A DNA stretch of 64,000 nucleotides from Candidatus Iainarchaeum sp. (GCA_043812975.1 JBDRLP010000027.1:64001-128000), one strand, 5' to 3'; shown: positions 8,309-18,165, counted from the stretch's first letter. Numbers and translations: made by a program. Notes: generated from the letters alone by a model not told the origin.

Positions 8309-9196
8309 TCACATTGCTTCTAATCTTTTTATTCTTTCAGCAGCTGGAGGGTGAGTAGAGAACATTCCGTCCATTAATCCGTTTCTGTTTTTCAAAGGAT
8401 TATCAATGTACAAGTGAGCTGTTGCCTTATTCGCTGCTTCAAGAATTTCTTTATCCCCTGAAATTTTTTTCAATGCATTAGCAAGACCATCCGGATTTCT
8501 GGTTAGTTGAGCTGCACTCGCATCAGCCAAATATTCTCTTTGCCTTGAAATCGCAAACTTGATCAGCATAGCAACAATCGGAGTTAATATTGCCAGAATA
8601 ACTCCTCCAACTAAAAGCAGAATCTGCATCTGTCCTCCGCCTTTGTTATCGTGTCTTCCCCAGAGAACACTTCTCAAAAGAATATCGCTAAGCAGTGCAC
8701 TTAATCCCACAAAAACAACTATCAACATCATAAGCCGAATATCATAATTTTTTATGTGACTCATTTCATGGGCTATTACTCCTTCAAGTTCTTCCCTATT
8801 TAACTTTTGTAAAATTCCAGTAGTAACCACAATAACTCCGTGTTCAGGGTCTCTTCCTGTTGCAAATGCATTCAAAGCAGTATCTTGTATTACATATGCT
8901 TTTGGTTTTGGAATTCCTGCAGCCAGAGCAAGTCCTTCAATTAAGTGAAATAAGTAAGGTTGTTCGTTTTTCTGTAATTCGCGTGCGCCCGAAATACTTA
9001 GTACAACTTTATCTCCGTAAAAATAATTAAACCCCACAAAAATTACTAGAAAAATTACTCCGAGAATTATTCCTATTAATCCGCCTCCGGAGAACCAAAC
9101 TTCTCCAAGCACCCAGGATAAAAGAGTTATAAAAATAGAAAATCCAAGAACAAGCAGGATTGTGTTTCTCTTGTTCTCAGATATTTGTTCGTACAT
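8309..9196 (-). CDS. htpX: M48 zinc metalloprotease HtpX
   Basis: NAFATG, AHEMSH, REYLAD, STHP motifs. Confidence 0.95.
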   Translation of the reverse strand: MYEQISENKRNTILLVLGFSIFITLLSWVLGEVWFSGGGLIGIILGVIFLVIFVGFNYFYGDKVVLSISGARELQKNEQPYLFHLIEGLALAAGIPKPKAYVIQDTALNAFATGRDPEHGVIVVTTGILQKLNREELEGVIAHEMSHIKNYDIRLMMLIVVFVGLSALLSDILLRSVLWGRHDNKGGGQMQILLLVGGVILAILTPIVAMLIKFAISRQREYLADASAAQLTRNPDGLANALKKISGDKEILEAANKATAHLYIDNPLKNRNGLMDGMFSTHPPAAERIKRLEAM

Positions 9197-9213
9197 TTAA
9201 TATCAGCTCTGAA

Positions 9214-9777
9214 CTAATCAAACTTTACTTTAACATTTTCTTTTGCAGCTTCTTCAATTTCGAAGTAATCTCGTTTTCCAAAACCGAAAAGTGAAGCTAT
9301 AATGTTGCTTGGTAGTGTTTCTGTTTTAGTGTTGTACTTCAGAACTTCGTCATTGTAAAATTGTCTTGTGTAGGCAATTTTTGATTCGATTCCTGCTAGT
9401 TCTTCCTGAAGCATTAGGAAATTTTTATTTGCTTTCAAATCAGGGTAAGCTTCTGAAACAGCAAACAAAGACTTCAAAGTACTGGACAAAAAGTTTTCTG
9501 CTTCTGCCTGTGCCTTTACTCCTTTTGCTTTTGTTATTGCTGCTCTCGCTTCTGTAACCTGTTTGAATGTCCCTTTTTCGTGCTTAGCATATCCTTTTAC
9601 TGTTTCAACAAGGTTAGGCACTAAGTCAAACCTTTTTTTTAGCTGTACATCTATCTGGCTCCAAGCATTATCAATTCTGTTCTTCAGCTGAACAAAACCA
9701 TTGTATGCAAAAACAAACCAGATTGCTGCAATTATGCCTACTATTACGATTGCTCCTCCAATTAATTCTAATGTCAT
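9214..9777 (-). CDS. lemA: LemA family protein
   Basis: [29 protein letters not shown]; typical lemA-htpX pair. Confidence 0.96.
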   Translation of the reverse strand: MTLELIGGAIVIVGIIAAIWFVFAYNGFVQLKNRIDNAWSQIDVQLKKRFDLVPNLVETVKGYAKHEKGTFKQVTEARAAITKAKGVKAQAEAENFLSSTLKSLFAVSEAYPDLKANKNFLMLQEELAGIESKIAYTRQFYNDEVLKYNTKTETLPSNIIASLFGFGKRDYFEIEEAAKENVKVKFD

Positions 9778-9858
9778 AAGTGAAAACCTCCAACAAAATT
9801 GGTTCGAAAGATTATAAATAGCTTAGGGTATGAGTTTTTAGAAGTAGCTTTGGAGGGG

Positions 9859-10704
9859 TTATAATTCGCTTCCGCCAGTTGTTCTCAAGTATCTTTGATA
9901 CGCTTCCCAGATTTTTATTGCTTCTTCAACAGAGTATTTTTTCGCATTTTTTGATTTTTGGCTTTTAACTGCGGCTTCAATAGCTTCTTCTATTGATTTT
10001 CCTGGCTCATTTCTTTTAATTATTCTGCCAATTATATCCGCTTCATTAAACGTAAGCCCTGTCCCTTGTTTAACTTCTTCTCTAATAAAGTTTAATGCAA
10101 TAAAATTTATGTTTGTAATTAACCAACCACGTAGTTGTGCTTTTTTTTCAGGATCAAACCTTGCAAATATTGATGCTAATCTTGCATTAACATAACTACT
10201 GAAATCCCTTGTCCTTTCTCCAAAAAAATTGTGCCTCTTACTTGCTTCAAATATTGCTTTTTTAATTATTCCTGTACTTTGTTGCATCAATTGTTCTTGA
10301 GCTTTAGTCAAACGTATTTCTCTATTAATTTTTGGAAGTGTTCCTTCCTTTCTCATTCGATGTTTGTAAGTGCCAACATTAGCGGTGCTGGTTTCAACTC
10401 CATTCTCTCTTAAAATATTTACTATTTCTTCAGGTGTTTTGTTTTGATTGTAAAAAATTGTTCTTCTTATTATTGCATTTCTCGAATTTAATTCATCAGC
10501 TTTAATTATTTTTGGAAGTATTCCGTCTTTTCTCATTTTTGATTTTCTAGTGCCAACAGTTTTGGGAGAAATTCTAATTCCTTGTTTTGCCAGAATAGCT
10601 ACAATTTGTTGACGTGTTTTTACTTGATTTCTAGAAATTGTTCTTTTGATTTTGGCTTGTTTTGAATCCAATCTTACTACAGGTTTGGGTTTTGTTTTTG
10701 CCAT
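9859..10704 (-). CDS. Basic protein with two repeated HTH-like units and a sigma70-region-2-like segment
   Basis: Duplicated IV.IL...G...S...VGT.K..MRK.G.LPKI; RFDPEKKAQLRGWL..NI. Confidence 0.6.
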   Translation of the reverse strand: MAKTKPKPVVRLDSKQAKIKRTISRNQVKTRQQIVAILAKQGIRISPKTVGTRKSKMRKDGILPKIIKADELNSRNAIIRRTIFYNQNKTPEEIVNILRENGVETSTANVGTYKHRMRKEGTLPKINREIRLTKAQEQLMQQSTGIIKKAIFEASKRHNFFGERTRDFSSYVNARLASIFARFDPEKKAQLRGWLITNINFIALNFIREEVKQGTGLTFNEADIIGRIIKRNEPGKSIEEAIEAAVKSQKSKNAKKYSVEEAIKIWEAYQRYLRTTGGSEL

Positions 10705-10762
10705 TAAAAGATTAGTTATTTGAATCAATAAATAAGTTACTTTTTAGTATAAAAATTAGAAG

Positions 10763-10782
10763 TGGGCCAGGGAGGACTCGAA
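10763..10782 (-). repeat. 20-bp direct duplication of the tRNA-Val 3' end (att-like)
   Basis: tgggccagggaggactcgaa occurs at 10763-10782 and 10848-10867. Confidence 0.9.
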
Positions 10783-10847
10783 GAAACTTTTGCCAAAAGT
10801 TTCATCAAAACGTACGAAGCCTGCATTACCCATCCTTCGGATGGGTA

Positions 10848-10920
10848 TGGGCCAGGGAGGACTCGAACCTCCGATCCTCTCCGTGTAAAGGAGATGTCAT
10901 AGCCACTAGACCACAAGCCC
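10848..10920 (-). tRNA. tRNA-Val(TAC)
   Basis: tctcc-tttacac-ggaga anticodon arm, GGTTCGAGTCC; one U-U mismatch in the acceptor stem. Confidence 0.92.
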
Positions 10921-10923
10921 GAC

Positions 10924-10967
10924 CTTTTCTTTTTCGAGAAAAAGAAAAGCTCGACCAAAAGAAAAAG
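10924..10967. repeat. Hairpin + mirror purine tail (triplex-geometry) element T1
   Basis: cttttctttttc-ga-gaaaaagaaaag-ctcgacc-aaaagaaaaag. Confidence 0.75.
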
Positions 10968-11043
10968 CTCTTTCCTACTGTAAAGAAAGAATCCTTTTGG
11001 TTACTATGGAAATTCGTTTGAAAACTATTAAAAAGCTTCCAAT

Positions 11044-11301
11044 TCATTTTGTTAGGAATTTTTCTATGTAATCTGATTTGCTTAGCACAGATATTACTCT
11101 TTTTGCCCTTACAAATACGAATGCTGCGGCAATTAGGGCCAACATTGCACTTACATACCGTAAAAATGCCTCAAAACTGTTTCCCTGGATTATTTGGATT
11201 GTAAATCCTTCTATAAATGCTGTAATGAATAATCCTATTGCCACTATTGTAACTACTGAAAAGAAAAATAGTTCAAAAATGTTCCTTGTTAGTATTTTCA
11301 T
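11044..11301 (-). CDS. Small two-TM membrane protein
   Basis: Two hydrophobic segments. Confidence 0.65.
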   Translation of the reverse strand: MKILTRNIFELFFFSVVTIVAIGLFITAFIEGFTIQIIQGNSFEAFLRYVSAMLALIAAAFVFVRAKRVISVLSKSDYIEKFLTK

Positions 11302-11337
11302 AATACTCCCTATTGCTTTTCAAATATAATAAGTTAA

Positions 11338-11856
11338 TTGTTCTGTTTTTTGCTTGACGGAACGTTTATATATAAATTAATTGTATTAATTTCAGGTGTA
11401 ATTGTGAGAAGACTTATTTATCTTAAAATTGCGGGCAAAGATGTGCATTTACCTAAACTTATAGGTTCTTTCATTATTTTTGCAGCATTTTTGTTATTTG
11501 TTCAGGCTTCAGCTTCTATGTTTGATTCTTGGGATTCAGCTAAGGAAGTTGACAGGTGTTTACAATTAGCTGCTGCTAATGAAGCTAGAGTAGAACCTGA
11601 TGAAAGCATTTATCCTGAATGCAGGGAAATGGCAAGAGATTTTTTAGGAATTTCAGTAAGATCTGATCAGGATGGTTTAAGTCTGAGACAATTCTGGGGC
11701 TCCTTGTTAGGGCCGATAGCTTCAGTGTTAATCTGGTTAGCTTTGTTATTTGTTGGTTTAATTCTTTACAGAAGCGGAGAACTTGTTCTTCCTATTGATG
11801 AAACAATCAGGGAAGTTCCTGATGTAACAAGAAGTTTCAAAAAAAGAAAGAAATAA
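11338..11856 (+). CDS. Two-TM membrane protein (true start probably GTG near 11404)
   Basis: Two TM helices flanking a Cys-pair loop; basic tail. Confidence 0.7.
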   Translation: MFCFLLDGTFIYKLIVLISGVIVRRLIYLKIAGKDVHLPKLIGSFIIFAAFLLFVQASASMFDSWDSAKEVDRCLQLAAANEARVEPDESIYPECREMARDFLGISVRSDQDGLSLRQFWGSLLGPIASVLIWLALLFVGLILYRSGELVLPIDETIREVPDVTRSFKKRKK

Positions 11857-11900
11857 TTTCTATTTTTAAAAAAAAGAAAATTTAGACAACAACTACAATG

Positions 11901-11961
11901 CGCCGTCTGCTCACGGCGGTAGAGCGTCCTGTTTTCAACAGGACTGGCTCACTTCGTTCGC
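11901..11961. repeat. GC-rich pseudoknot-hairpin element, copy B
   Basis: cgccgt-ctgctc-acggcg-gta-gagc-gtcctgtt-ttc-aacaggac, then gctcacttcgttcgc. Confidence 0.75.
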
Positions 11962-11963
11962 AA

Positions 11964-13373
11964 TTATAACGCTGTTGCCCTTACTTTATCATTAATTTCT
12001 ATCTTTCCTTTTTTTGCACCAATAACAAATTTGGTTTCTGCTTTTTCTGCAGCAGCCATAAGTCTTTTTGTTATTACTCCGTCAAATACTATTGCGTTTA
12101 CTTTCTTTTTGGTTTTTCCAAGTTCTGTTACAAGATCCTTAACCTTGACTTCTTTTACTACTGTATTTTTCTCGTCAAGCATTTTTGCTTTCATTGAACC
12201 TTTTAGTTCATCCAGAATTGGTTTGAATGTTTCTGTTTCTTCTTTAGTTAAAACAGAAATAAACCTAGGTCTCATTGGTCTTGGAGTAGGGGTTCTTGAA
12301 GTTCTTCGATCATCAGTTCTATCGTTTCTTTCATTCCTGTCCCAGTTATTTCTTGGAGGTCCTCTTCCCATAGGTGGTCTTTCGTTTCGCATAGGAGGTC
12401 CTCTTGAAGGTCTGTCCCTATAACTGTTTTCCCTTTGAGGTGCATTTTCTCTTGAGTAGTTATTTTCTCGCGGATAACTTTGTTCTCTTGGATAGTTATT
12501 TTCTCTTGGAGAGGTTTCTCGCGAATAATTATTTCTTTGAGGTTTTCTTTCTCCAAATTCTTCACTCGTTTCTAATTTTCTTTTTAGTGATTGGAGTATT
12601 TCTTTTCTTGTTAGTTCCTCAACTTCTTTTCCATCAGGGGCTTTTGCAATGTAAGCTACTTTTGCAATCTGAATAAGTTTTCTTGCGTTTAAGATTCCGC
12701 CTCTGTCCCCATCAATAAATAATGTTATTTCTTTGGTTTTGCTTAGTTCAGTTATTGTCGGAGAGATATTAGATCCATTCATTCCTATTACATTCTTTAT
12801 CTGATTTTTAAGCATATTAATAACATCAGCTCTTCCTTCGACAACTATTATTTCTTTACTTATTTCAATATCAGGTCCTGCTGGTAACTTATCCGGGCCA
12901 TAGCTTGATATGTCGGATGCTCTTACTTTTTCTCTTAATTCATCGCCAAGCATTTGTGTATCAGGTTTTGACTGGTTCATCATTTTTTTCAAAAGTTCCT
13001 GAGCTCTGGTTTTGATTTCATCTCTTTTGTTTGTTCTGGTATCTTCCATACTAATTATTTCAAATTTTGCTTCACTTGGACCTACTTTATCCACGCTTTC
13101 AATTCCTGCTGCCAATAAACTTGTTTCTGCCATGTCCATTGAAGAGGGAACTAGTACTTCTCCTTTGGTTCTTCCCATTGCAGTTTTGTGTTCAATTTCT
13201 ATTCTTCCGAGCTTTCCATTTTTCTGAAGCTCTTTAAGATCCATTTCGTCTCCAAGTAAACCTTCACTTTGTCCAAAAATTGCGCCAATTATATCTGGTT
13301 TGTCAACTATACCATCAATCTCAAATTTTAGTTTGATAACGTATTTTACTGTATTTACGTATGTTTTTGCCAT
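11964..13373 (-). CDS. dnaG: Archaeal DnaG (TOPRIM; exosome-associated)
   Basis: GAIFGQSEGLLG, IIVVEGRADV, DGDRGG, DGKEVEEL. Confidence 0.96.
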   Translation of the reverse strand: MAKTYVNTVKYVIKLKFEIDGIVDKPDIIGAIFGQSEGLLGDEMDLKELQKNGKLGRIEIEHKTAMGRTKGEVLVPSSMDMAETSLLAAGIESVDKVGPSEAKFEIISMEDTRTNKRDEIKTRAQELLKKMMNQSKPDTQMLGDELREKVRASDISSYGPDKLPAGPDIEISKEIIVVEGRADVINMLKNQIKNVIGMNGSNISPTITELSKTKEITLFIDGDRGGILNARKLIQIAKVAYIAKAPDGKEVEELTRKEILQSLKRKLETSEEFGERKPQRNNYSRETSPRENNYPREQSYPRENNYSRENAPQRENSYRDRPSRGPPMRNERPPMGRGPPRNNWDRNERNDRTDDRRTSRTPTPRPMRPRFISVLTKEETETFKPILDELKGSMKAKMLDEKNTVVKEVKVKDLVTELGKTKKKVNAIVFDGVITKRLMAAAEKAETKFVIGAKKGKIEINDKVRATAL

Positions 13374-13402
13374 TTAATCATCTCCTTTGTTTCACTTGAG
13401 AA

Positions 13403-13672
13403 TCAGAGTTTGAATGTGTTTTGGAGTTGTTCTTGAGTTATTTCTTTCAGGAGAATTTTTTTCTTTTTGCTTTTTTCTCCGCTTTTGATTTCTACTTTGG
13501 TTTGAAACAATTTTTCAAGCTCTTGGATCAGCTCTTTGTTGGCTTTTCCTTTCAATGCTTTTCCTTTTACCTTGACTCGCAAGGCGTTTGTCCATTGGTT
13601 CAGGCTAATGCTGAACTCCTTCGAATTCGGAATAACTTCCAAATTCATTTCAATATTTTTCAATTGTTTCAA
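13403..13672 (-). CDS. DUF167/YggU family protein
   Basis: VIPNSK, GKANKELI, IKSGEKSKKK. Confidence 0.85.
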   Translation of the reverse strand: MKQLKNIEMNLEVIPNSKEFSISLNQWTNALRVKVKGKALKGKANKELIQELEKLFQTKVEIKSGEKSKKKKILLKEITQEQLQNTFKL

Positions 13673-13833
13673 GTTGATTAATCACTAATAACTCAATAAT
13701 TTTTTCAACTGTAAAAACACAAACCCTAATTCTTGGTTAAGTGTAATTAGTTCCCTTAGGAACTCTATACATAAACCGCCAAGGAAATCTATATTAATGT
13801 TGCCTTTTTCGTATAAAATACCCTAAAAAGGGT

Positions 13834-14025
13834 TTATTTTGGCAATTTAACAATATTTCCACTGATTACTTGATAGGTGGCTCCTCTAATTGTTGTTTTA
13901 GCTGTTTCCCGCAACTGTCCACTATTCGGATCTCTTAAACGCATTAGTAATGTTCTGTAAAATGGGTCTTTTGGACCCATATTTTTATTACGCGAGATTT
14001 TACCTGCATTTCTTTTTTTTATCAT
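13834..14025 (-). CDS. Small basic hypothetical protein
   Basis: ORF fills the intergenic gap; K/R-rich N-terminus. Confidence 0.5.
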   Translation of the reverse strand: MIKKRNAGKISRNKNMGPKDPFYRTLLMRLRDPNSGQLRETAKTTIRGATYQVISGNIVKLPK

Positions 14026-14071
14026 TAAATTACCAAGTAAATTAAATACTCGCTAATATATATTCCTTCTT

Positions 14072-14476
14072 ATGCCCCGTTACAATAAAGGTGCAAATGC
14101 AGAACGTGAATTAATCAGAATGTTCTGGAAAGAAGGTTTTGCTGTTGCACGTACTGCTGGTTCCGGTAAGAATGCTTTGCCAATGCCTGATTTAATAGTG
14201 CTTAGTAAAAATCGTAAGATTGTAATTGAGGCTAAAGCCTGGCGTTCTAATTATTTAAATATTAATTTTGAACAAATGGAAGAACTTTTGAAGTGGAAAG
14301 AACTTGCTAATGCAGAGGTTTTTATTGCTTGGAAATACCCTAACAAGGGCTGGTTTTTCATTGACCCTAAGCACTTCAAAAAGAACAAGCATTATTCTCT
14401 TTCATTTCCAAAGGCCCAAAGAGCAGGCCTTCTTTTTGAGGTTTTGGTTGGAAAACAAAGCCAGCTTAAGCCTTAG
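14072..14476 (+). CDS. hjc: Holliday junction resolvase Hjc
   Basis: KGANAERELI, GFAVAR.AGSG, PDLI, IEAK. Confidence 0.93.
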   Translation: MPRYNKGANAERELIRMFWKEGFAVARTAGSGKNALPMPDLIVLSKNRKIVIEAKAWRSNYLNINFEQMEELLKWKELANAEVFIAWKYPNKGWFFIDPKHFKKNKHYSLSFPKAQRAGLLFEVLVGKQSQLKP

Positions 14477-14515
14477 CCGAGGTTTTAAAAATACTCCCAA
14501 ACCTATTTCTATTAT

Positions 14516-14647
14516 ATGTTAGAACTCGAATTAGTAATCAATCAGCTCGAAAAACAATATGAAAAAGAAAGGAGCATCAGAAAGAAAATAACTCTCGAAA
14601 ACGCAATCAGTGCTTTGAAAGAATATGAGCGCTTAAATCAGGAATAG
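14516..14647 (+). CDS. 43-aa helical small protein
   Basis: Manual ORF MLELELVINQLEKQYEKERSIRKKITLENAISALKEYERLNQE, TATA-like ttttaaaa upstream. Confidence 0.55.
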   Translation: MLELELVINQLEKQYEKERSIRKKITLENAISALKEYERLNQE

Positions 14648-14662
14648 TTTTTTTTGCTAATT

Positions 14663-15316
14663 TTAAATCACAGTCGCAACAAAAAGCATTGTTACTGCTA
14701 TTAGTGCCATAATAGTCATTATGATTACAGTGTCAATTGCTAATGGGTTCCCAAAGTTAATGAAGAATAAAAATGCGTCTCCTATTCCAAATAATATTCC
14801 TAATGCAAGTAATGAATTTCCAATCAGTTTGTTCCTCCCCCCTATTCCTTTTATTCTTACTTCATCCATGTCTACCTGAACCTGCCTTACTGCTTCTCCT
14901 AATTCGTTTAGTTTAGTTTTAACACGATCATTAAGGTCATTTACTTTCTGGATGTTATCTCCTATCTGATCTTGGAATGTTTTACTTTGCCCAGTAATAT
15001 CTTTTTCATATTCTTTCAGGTCACCTATTACTGCTTTTGTTAATTGTTGTCTTGAATCATTAGCAGTATTCATTGCTTCTTCCTGAATAAATTTTTTCAG
15101 GGTTGGTTTTTCCTGTTCAAGTTCCTTTTGCACAATTTTTTTTATTTCTGTTTTCAATAACGCAAAAGTATCTGCCTGCCCTAAAAGTAAAAGTCGTTTT
15201 GCTTTTTCAGGTTCAACGCCTAGGTCTTTTAGCGTGCTGATTATTTTTTCTTCGCTTTCACCTTCTCTTACCATCTTTTCGATGATTTCTATAATGCTTG
15301 TTTCTTGTTGTGCCAT
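14663..15316 (-). CDS. Coiled-coil protein with two C-terminal TM helices
   Basis: Heptad-rich body and hydrophobic C-terminus. Confidence 0.75.
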   Translation of the reverse strand: MAQQETSIIEIIEKMVREGESEEKIISTLKDLGVEPEKAKRLLLLGQADTFALLKTEIKKIVQKELEQEKPTLKKFIQEEAMNTANDSRQQLTKAVIGDLKEYEKDITGQSKTFQDQIGDNIQKVNDLNDRVKTKLNELGEAVRQVQVDMDEVRIKGIGGRNKLIGNSLLALGILFGIGDAFLFFINFGNPLAIDTVIIMTIMALIAVTMLFVATVI

Positions 15317-15975
15317 TATTCCACCAGTATTGGTTGTAATAAACGTTCGTTAGTATTTGAGGAACTCACATTAAAATAGATTGTGGTTTCGCCTTTTTGA
15401 GTTGGTAATAAGGAGTATTGTATTTTTTTGCATTCATCAGGCCCTATAGTAATAACATCTTTTTTAGACTGCTCTGAAAAGAAACCATTTTCATGCTCTT
15501 CTTCTATTTTAAACTGCTCATTCTTTTTTGATTTGTTACAAATATCAAGTGAAAAGCTGAATGTTTTTCCGAATAGTATTTCGCTTGGAAAGTTTGCTTT
15601 TATTGTGGTTGCCCCTTTTGCTCTTATCGCAATTAATTTTTCAAGAGTCATATGGTATGGAGCGCTAACAACCAGGGTAACCTGATTCTGATTAAGTCTA
15701 TTTAAATTAAGCAGTATCTTTTGTTTCGGTGCTAAAAACCTGAATTTGTTAAAATCAATTTCCAGGCCTCCTTCTTTATATTTTACTGAAATATTATGGA
15801 TTACTCGGTCAGTAGTATTAACCAGGTAAACTTCTTTTTCTCCTTCAGCCTCATTGAATTCTTCCTGAATTTCCAGTCCTCCGACAAACAGAAACAGGTA
15901 AACTATTAGTATTGCAAATGCAATATAAACAACTAGAAATACCATAAGTGTTTTTTTTCTTTGTTCTGGAAGCAT
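15316..15975 (-). CDS. Membrane-anchored beta-sandwich protein
   Basis: N-terminal TM helix, Ig-like alternation; stop overlaps the next start. Confidence 0.7.
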   Translation of the reverse strand: MLPEQRKKTLMVFLVVYIAFAILIVYLFLFVGGLEIQEEFNEAEGEKEVYLVNTTDRVIHNISVKYKEGGLEIDFNKFRFLAPKQKILLNLNRLNQNQVTLVVSAPYHMTLEKLIAIRAKGATTIKANFPSEILFGKTFSFSLDICNKSKKNEQFKIEEEHENGFFSEQSKKDVITIGPDECKKIQYSLLPTQKGETTIYFNVSSSNTNERLLQPILVE

Positions 15976-15997
15976 ACTTTAAGTAGGCTGTTTTTTA

Positions 15998-16747
15998 TTA
16001 TAAAACTATTTTTCCCCTTTGAAAATCAGTTATAAGTATACTTGCTGCTTCATTCAGGTTAGGAGAACCGCCTTTTGCTAGTTTTTTACGTTTAATTGCC
16101 AATTTTTCTAAAAACTCCTCTCCGTCTTTGGCTTTTATTCCGTAAAAATTTTCCATTTTTTCAGGGTTACTTTTCAATAATTCCTCAGCTACTTCTATTC
16201 CTGTTCCTTCTAAATCTTCAAGGCTTTGAATGTTTTTTGCTGAAAGTAAAACCATAAGAATTTCATCTTTTTCTTCAAGCGGAATAACTCCAGGACTGTC
16301 AATAAGCATTACTTTTGAACTTATTCTGACATACTGCATTCCTTTTGTAAAACCTGCAATTGCTCCGACTCCTGAACTTTTTTTTCCTTTAAGCATATTT
16401 ATTACACTGCTTTTTCCAGTATTAGGATAACCAACAATCCCTACTTTTACTTCTTTTTTTCCAGAAAGCTTTCCGATTGCTTCTCTTAATTTTATTGTCC
16501 CCTGTTTATTTTTTGCAGAAACAAAAACACTTCTTACTCCGATTAATTCTTTTTGTTTTTTCACTTTTTCTTCAGAAACAAGATCAGATTTATTCATAAC
16601 CAATAATAATTTTTTCCCGCTTAATTCAACAATCCTTTCAAGTTCAGAATTTCTGCTTTTAGTCGGAAACCTAGCGTCTATTATTTCAAGCACGATATCT
16701 GCTTCATCAACAACCTTTTTCACTATCTGCAAAAAACCTTTTTTCAT
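15998..16747 (-). CDS. Circularly permuted GTPase (YlqF/RbgA family)
   Basis: DAR, NKSD before GYPNTGKSS, DSPG. Confidence 0.93.
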   Translation of the reverse strand: MKKGFLQIVKKVVDEADIVLEIIDARFPTKSRNSELERIVELSGKKLLLVMNKSDLVSEEKVKKQKELIGVRSVFVSAKNKQGTIKLREAIGKLSGKKEVKVGIVGYPNTGKSSVINMLKGKKSSGVGAIAGFTKGMQYVRISSKVMLIDSPGVIPLEEKDEILMVLLSAKNIQSLEDLEGTGIEVAEELLKSNPEKMENFYGIKAKDGEEFLEKLAIKRKKLAKGGSPNLNEAASILITDFQRGKIVL

Positions 16748-16768
16748 TTTTAATCACTTATACTTCTT

Positions 16769-16990
16769 TCACATCGCTCCTTTAATCACATGGCCAGCTG
16801 TATTAAACAAATAAATTCCGCCAAATACTATTATTGCAAAAATCGCAAAAATTCCCATGGGGCTAGATTCGGAAAAAACATCATTTATTGTAAAAATCTG
16901 TTGCAAGTTCGTGAAGAAAGATAATAATACAAAGCTTCCGAAAACAACAAGTAATCCAATTGCTAAAAATATTGTTTGTTTGGGTTTCAT
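16769..16990 (-). CDS. Small two-TM membrane protein
   Basis: Two hydrophobic helices. Confidence 0.6.
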   Translation of the reverse strand: MKPKQTIFLAIGLLVVFGSFVLLSFFTNLQQIFTINDVFSESSPMGIFAIFAIIVFGGIYLFNTAGHVIKGAM

Positions 16991-17076
16991 CAGAGTAACT
17001 TTAGCCTTTTTTCCTATTTATTACAACCTATGCGTTGGAGTTAGAATAATATTGTTGTTCAAACATACTTTTATGT

Positions 17077-17685
17077 ATGGGTACTTCCATTCATGTTAAA
17101 CCAAGAAGAAAACCCAGAATAACTGTTGCTGAAAAATCAACTGTTCATCATTTCCGGCAAAAATTACCAACCACAATCCGTGGTTACCAGCCCATTTATT
17201 CAATGTTTCTAAAACATGCAATGCATGAAGGAAGGGTTTGCGGCAAATTGTTTGAAGTAGGGCCCCTTCACGGCAGGTTCATGAATTTTTTATGCAGAGA
17301 GCCATGTTTTGCACGCAACCCGGATTTTAGCGTGAGTGGCATTGAGTCTATTAAACTTGCGATTGACGCGATGCCAGAACCAGCCAAAAGCAGGACTGTC
17401 CACGCAAAAGTTGAATCCTTTGCTGAACAGCCAGGTGTGAAAGGGAGCGCTGATTTTGTTGTTGCAAGAGACCTGTTCAGTTCTCCCAGTGTATTCAAGC
17501 ATACCAAGCCAAAGATATTTCATGCGATTTCTCGTCTTGTAAGGAAAGGGGGCAAAGTTTTTTTGGAGGTTGGCGAGCCAGGCACCCTCCCAAACAAAAA
17601 GGAAATCTCAGTAGAGGGTTTCCAAGTGATTGATTCTATTTCGCAACCGGCTCTGTACCTTCTGGTTCTTGAAAAAGTTCGTTAA
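17077..17685 (+). CDS. Divergent class I SAM methyltransferase-like protein with basic N-terminal leader
   Basis: LFEVGPLHG motif I, ADFVVARDLF, LVRKGGKVFL; leader VKPRRKPR. Confidence 0.6.
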   Translation: MGTSIHVKPRRKPRITVAEKSTVHHFRQKLPTTIRGYQPIYSMFLKHAMHEGRVCGKLFEVGPLHGRFMNFLCREPCFARNPDFSVSGIESIKLAIDAMPEPAKSRTVHAKVESFAEQPGVKGSADFVVARDLFSSPSVFKHTKPKIFHAISRLVRKGGKVFLEVGEPGTLPNKKEISVEGFQVIDSISQPALYLLVLEKVR

Positions 17686-17720
17686 ACCACCTCAGAACAG
17701 AATTTATGTTATGTTTGTCT

Positions 17721-18071
17721 TTATAGAAGTTTCAGCTCTTTTGTAAACTTATTAATTTCGCTTTCAGGAACAGGACCAATTCCGACTGCTGTTGGTTCTC
17801 CGCTTGGAATTTGTGTTCTTCCAGCATCTTTAATGAGTGCGGTTGGGAATAAGTTTTTGAGTTTTTCAAACCATTCAAGCAGTTCTTGTTTCGAACCAAC
17901 TTTAAGCACAATTTTTGCCTGTCCCTGGTCCTTCCATTCATCAATCGCTTTTGGGTCTTTTATAAGTGTTTTTTCATAAGCCGACAAAGAAGCATGACTA
18001 GATTGACTGGCAATTTTCCCTTTCCCCATTCCTAAATCACTTCTAATGATTATCACTTGTTTGTATTCCAT
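17721..18071 (-). CDS. pth2: Peptidyl-tRNA hydrolase Pth2
   Basis: KGKIASQSSHA, DAGRTQI, GIGP. Confidence 0.96.
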   Translation of the reverse strand: MEYKQVIIIRSDLGMGKGKIASQSSHASLSAYEKTLIKDPKAIDEWKDQGQAKIVLKVGSKQELLEWFEKLKNLFPTALIKDAGRTQIPSGEPTAVGIGPVPESEINKFTKELKLL

Positions 18072-18165
18072 GCAAAAAACAACGCGAACAAAGAATATAT
18101 TTGTTGCTCTTGAAGGGAGATGGAAATAGAATGGCGTTGAAGGTCTTGGAATCTTTTATGACTTT

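Noticed and set aside
10737..11047. ORFs overlapping tRNA-Val; likewise 4856-5101, 6461-6790 and 34541-34750
   Set aside because: They overlap tRNA genes and repeat elements.
11854..11895. Possible fifth triplex-type element before pseudoknot copy B
   Set aside because: The hairpin is imperfect and there is no matching mirror tail.
11901..11961. Known self-cleaving ribozyme (HDV, hammerhead, pistol, twister)
   Set aside because: I could not find the catalytic core motifs or the nested double-pseudoknot topology on either strand.
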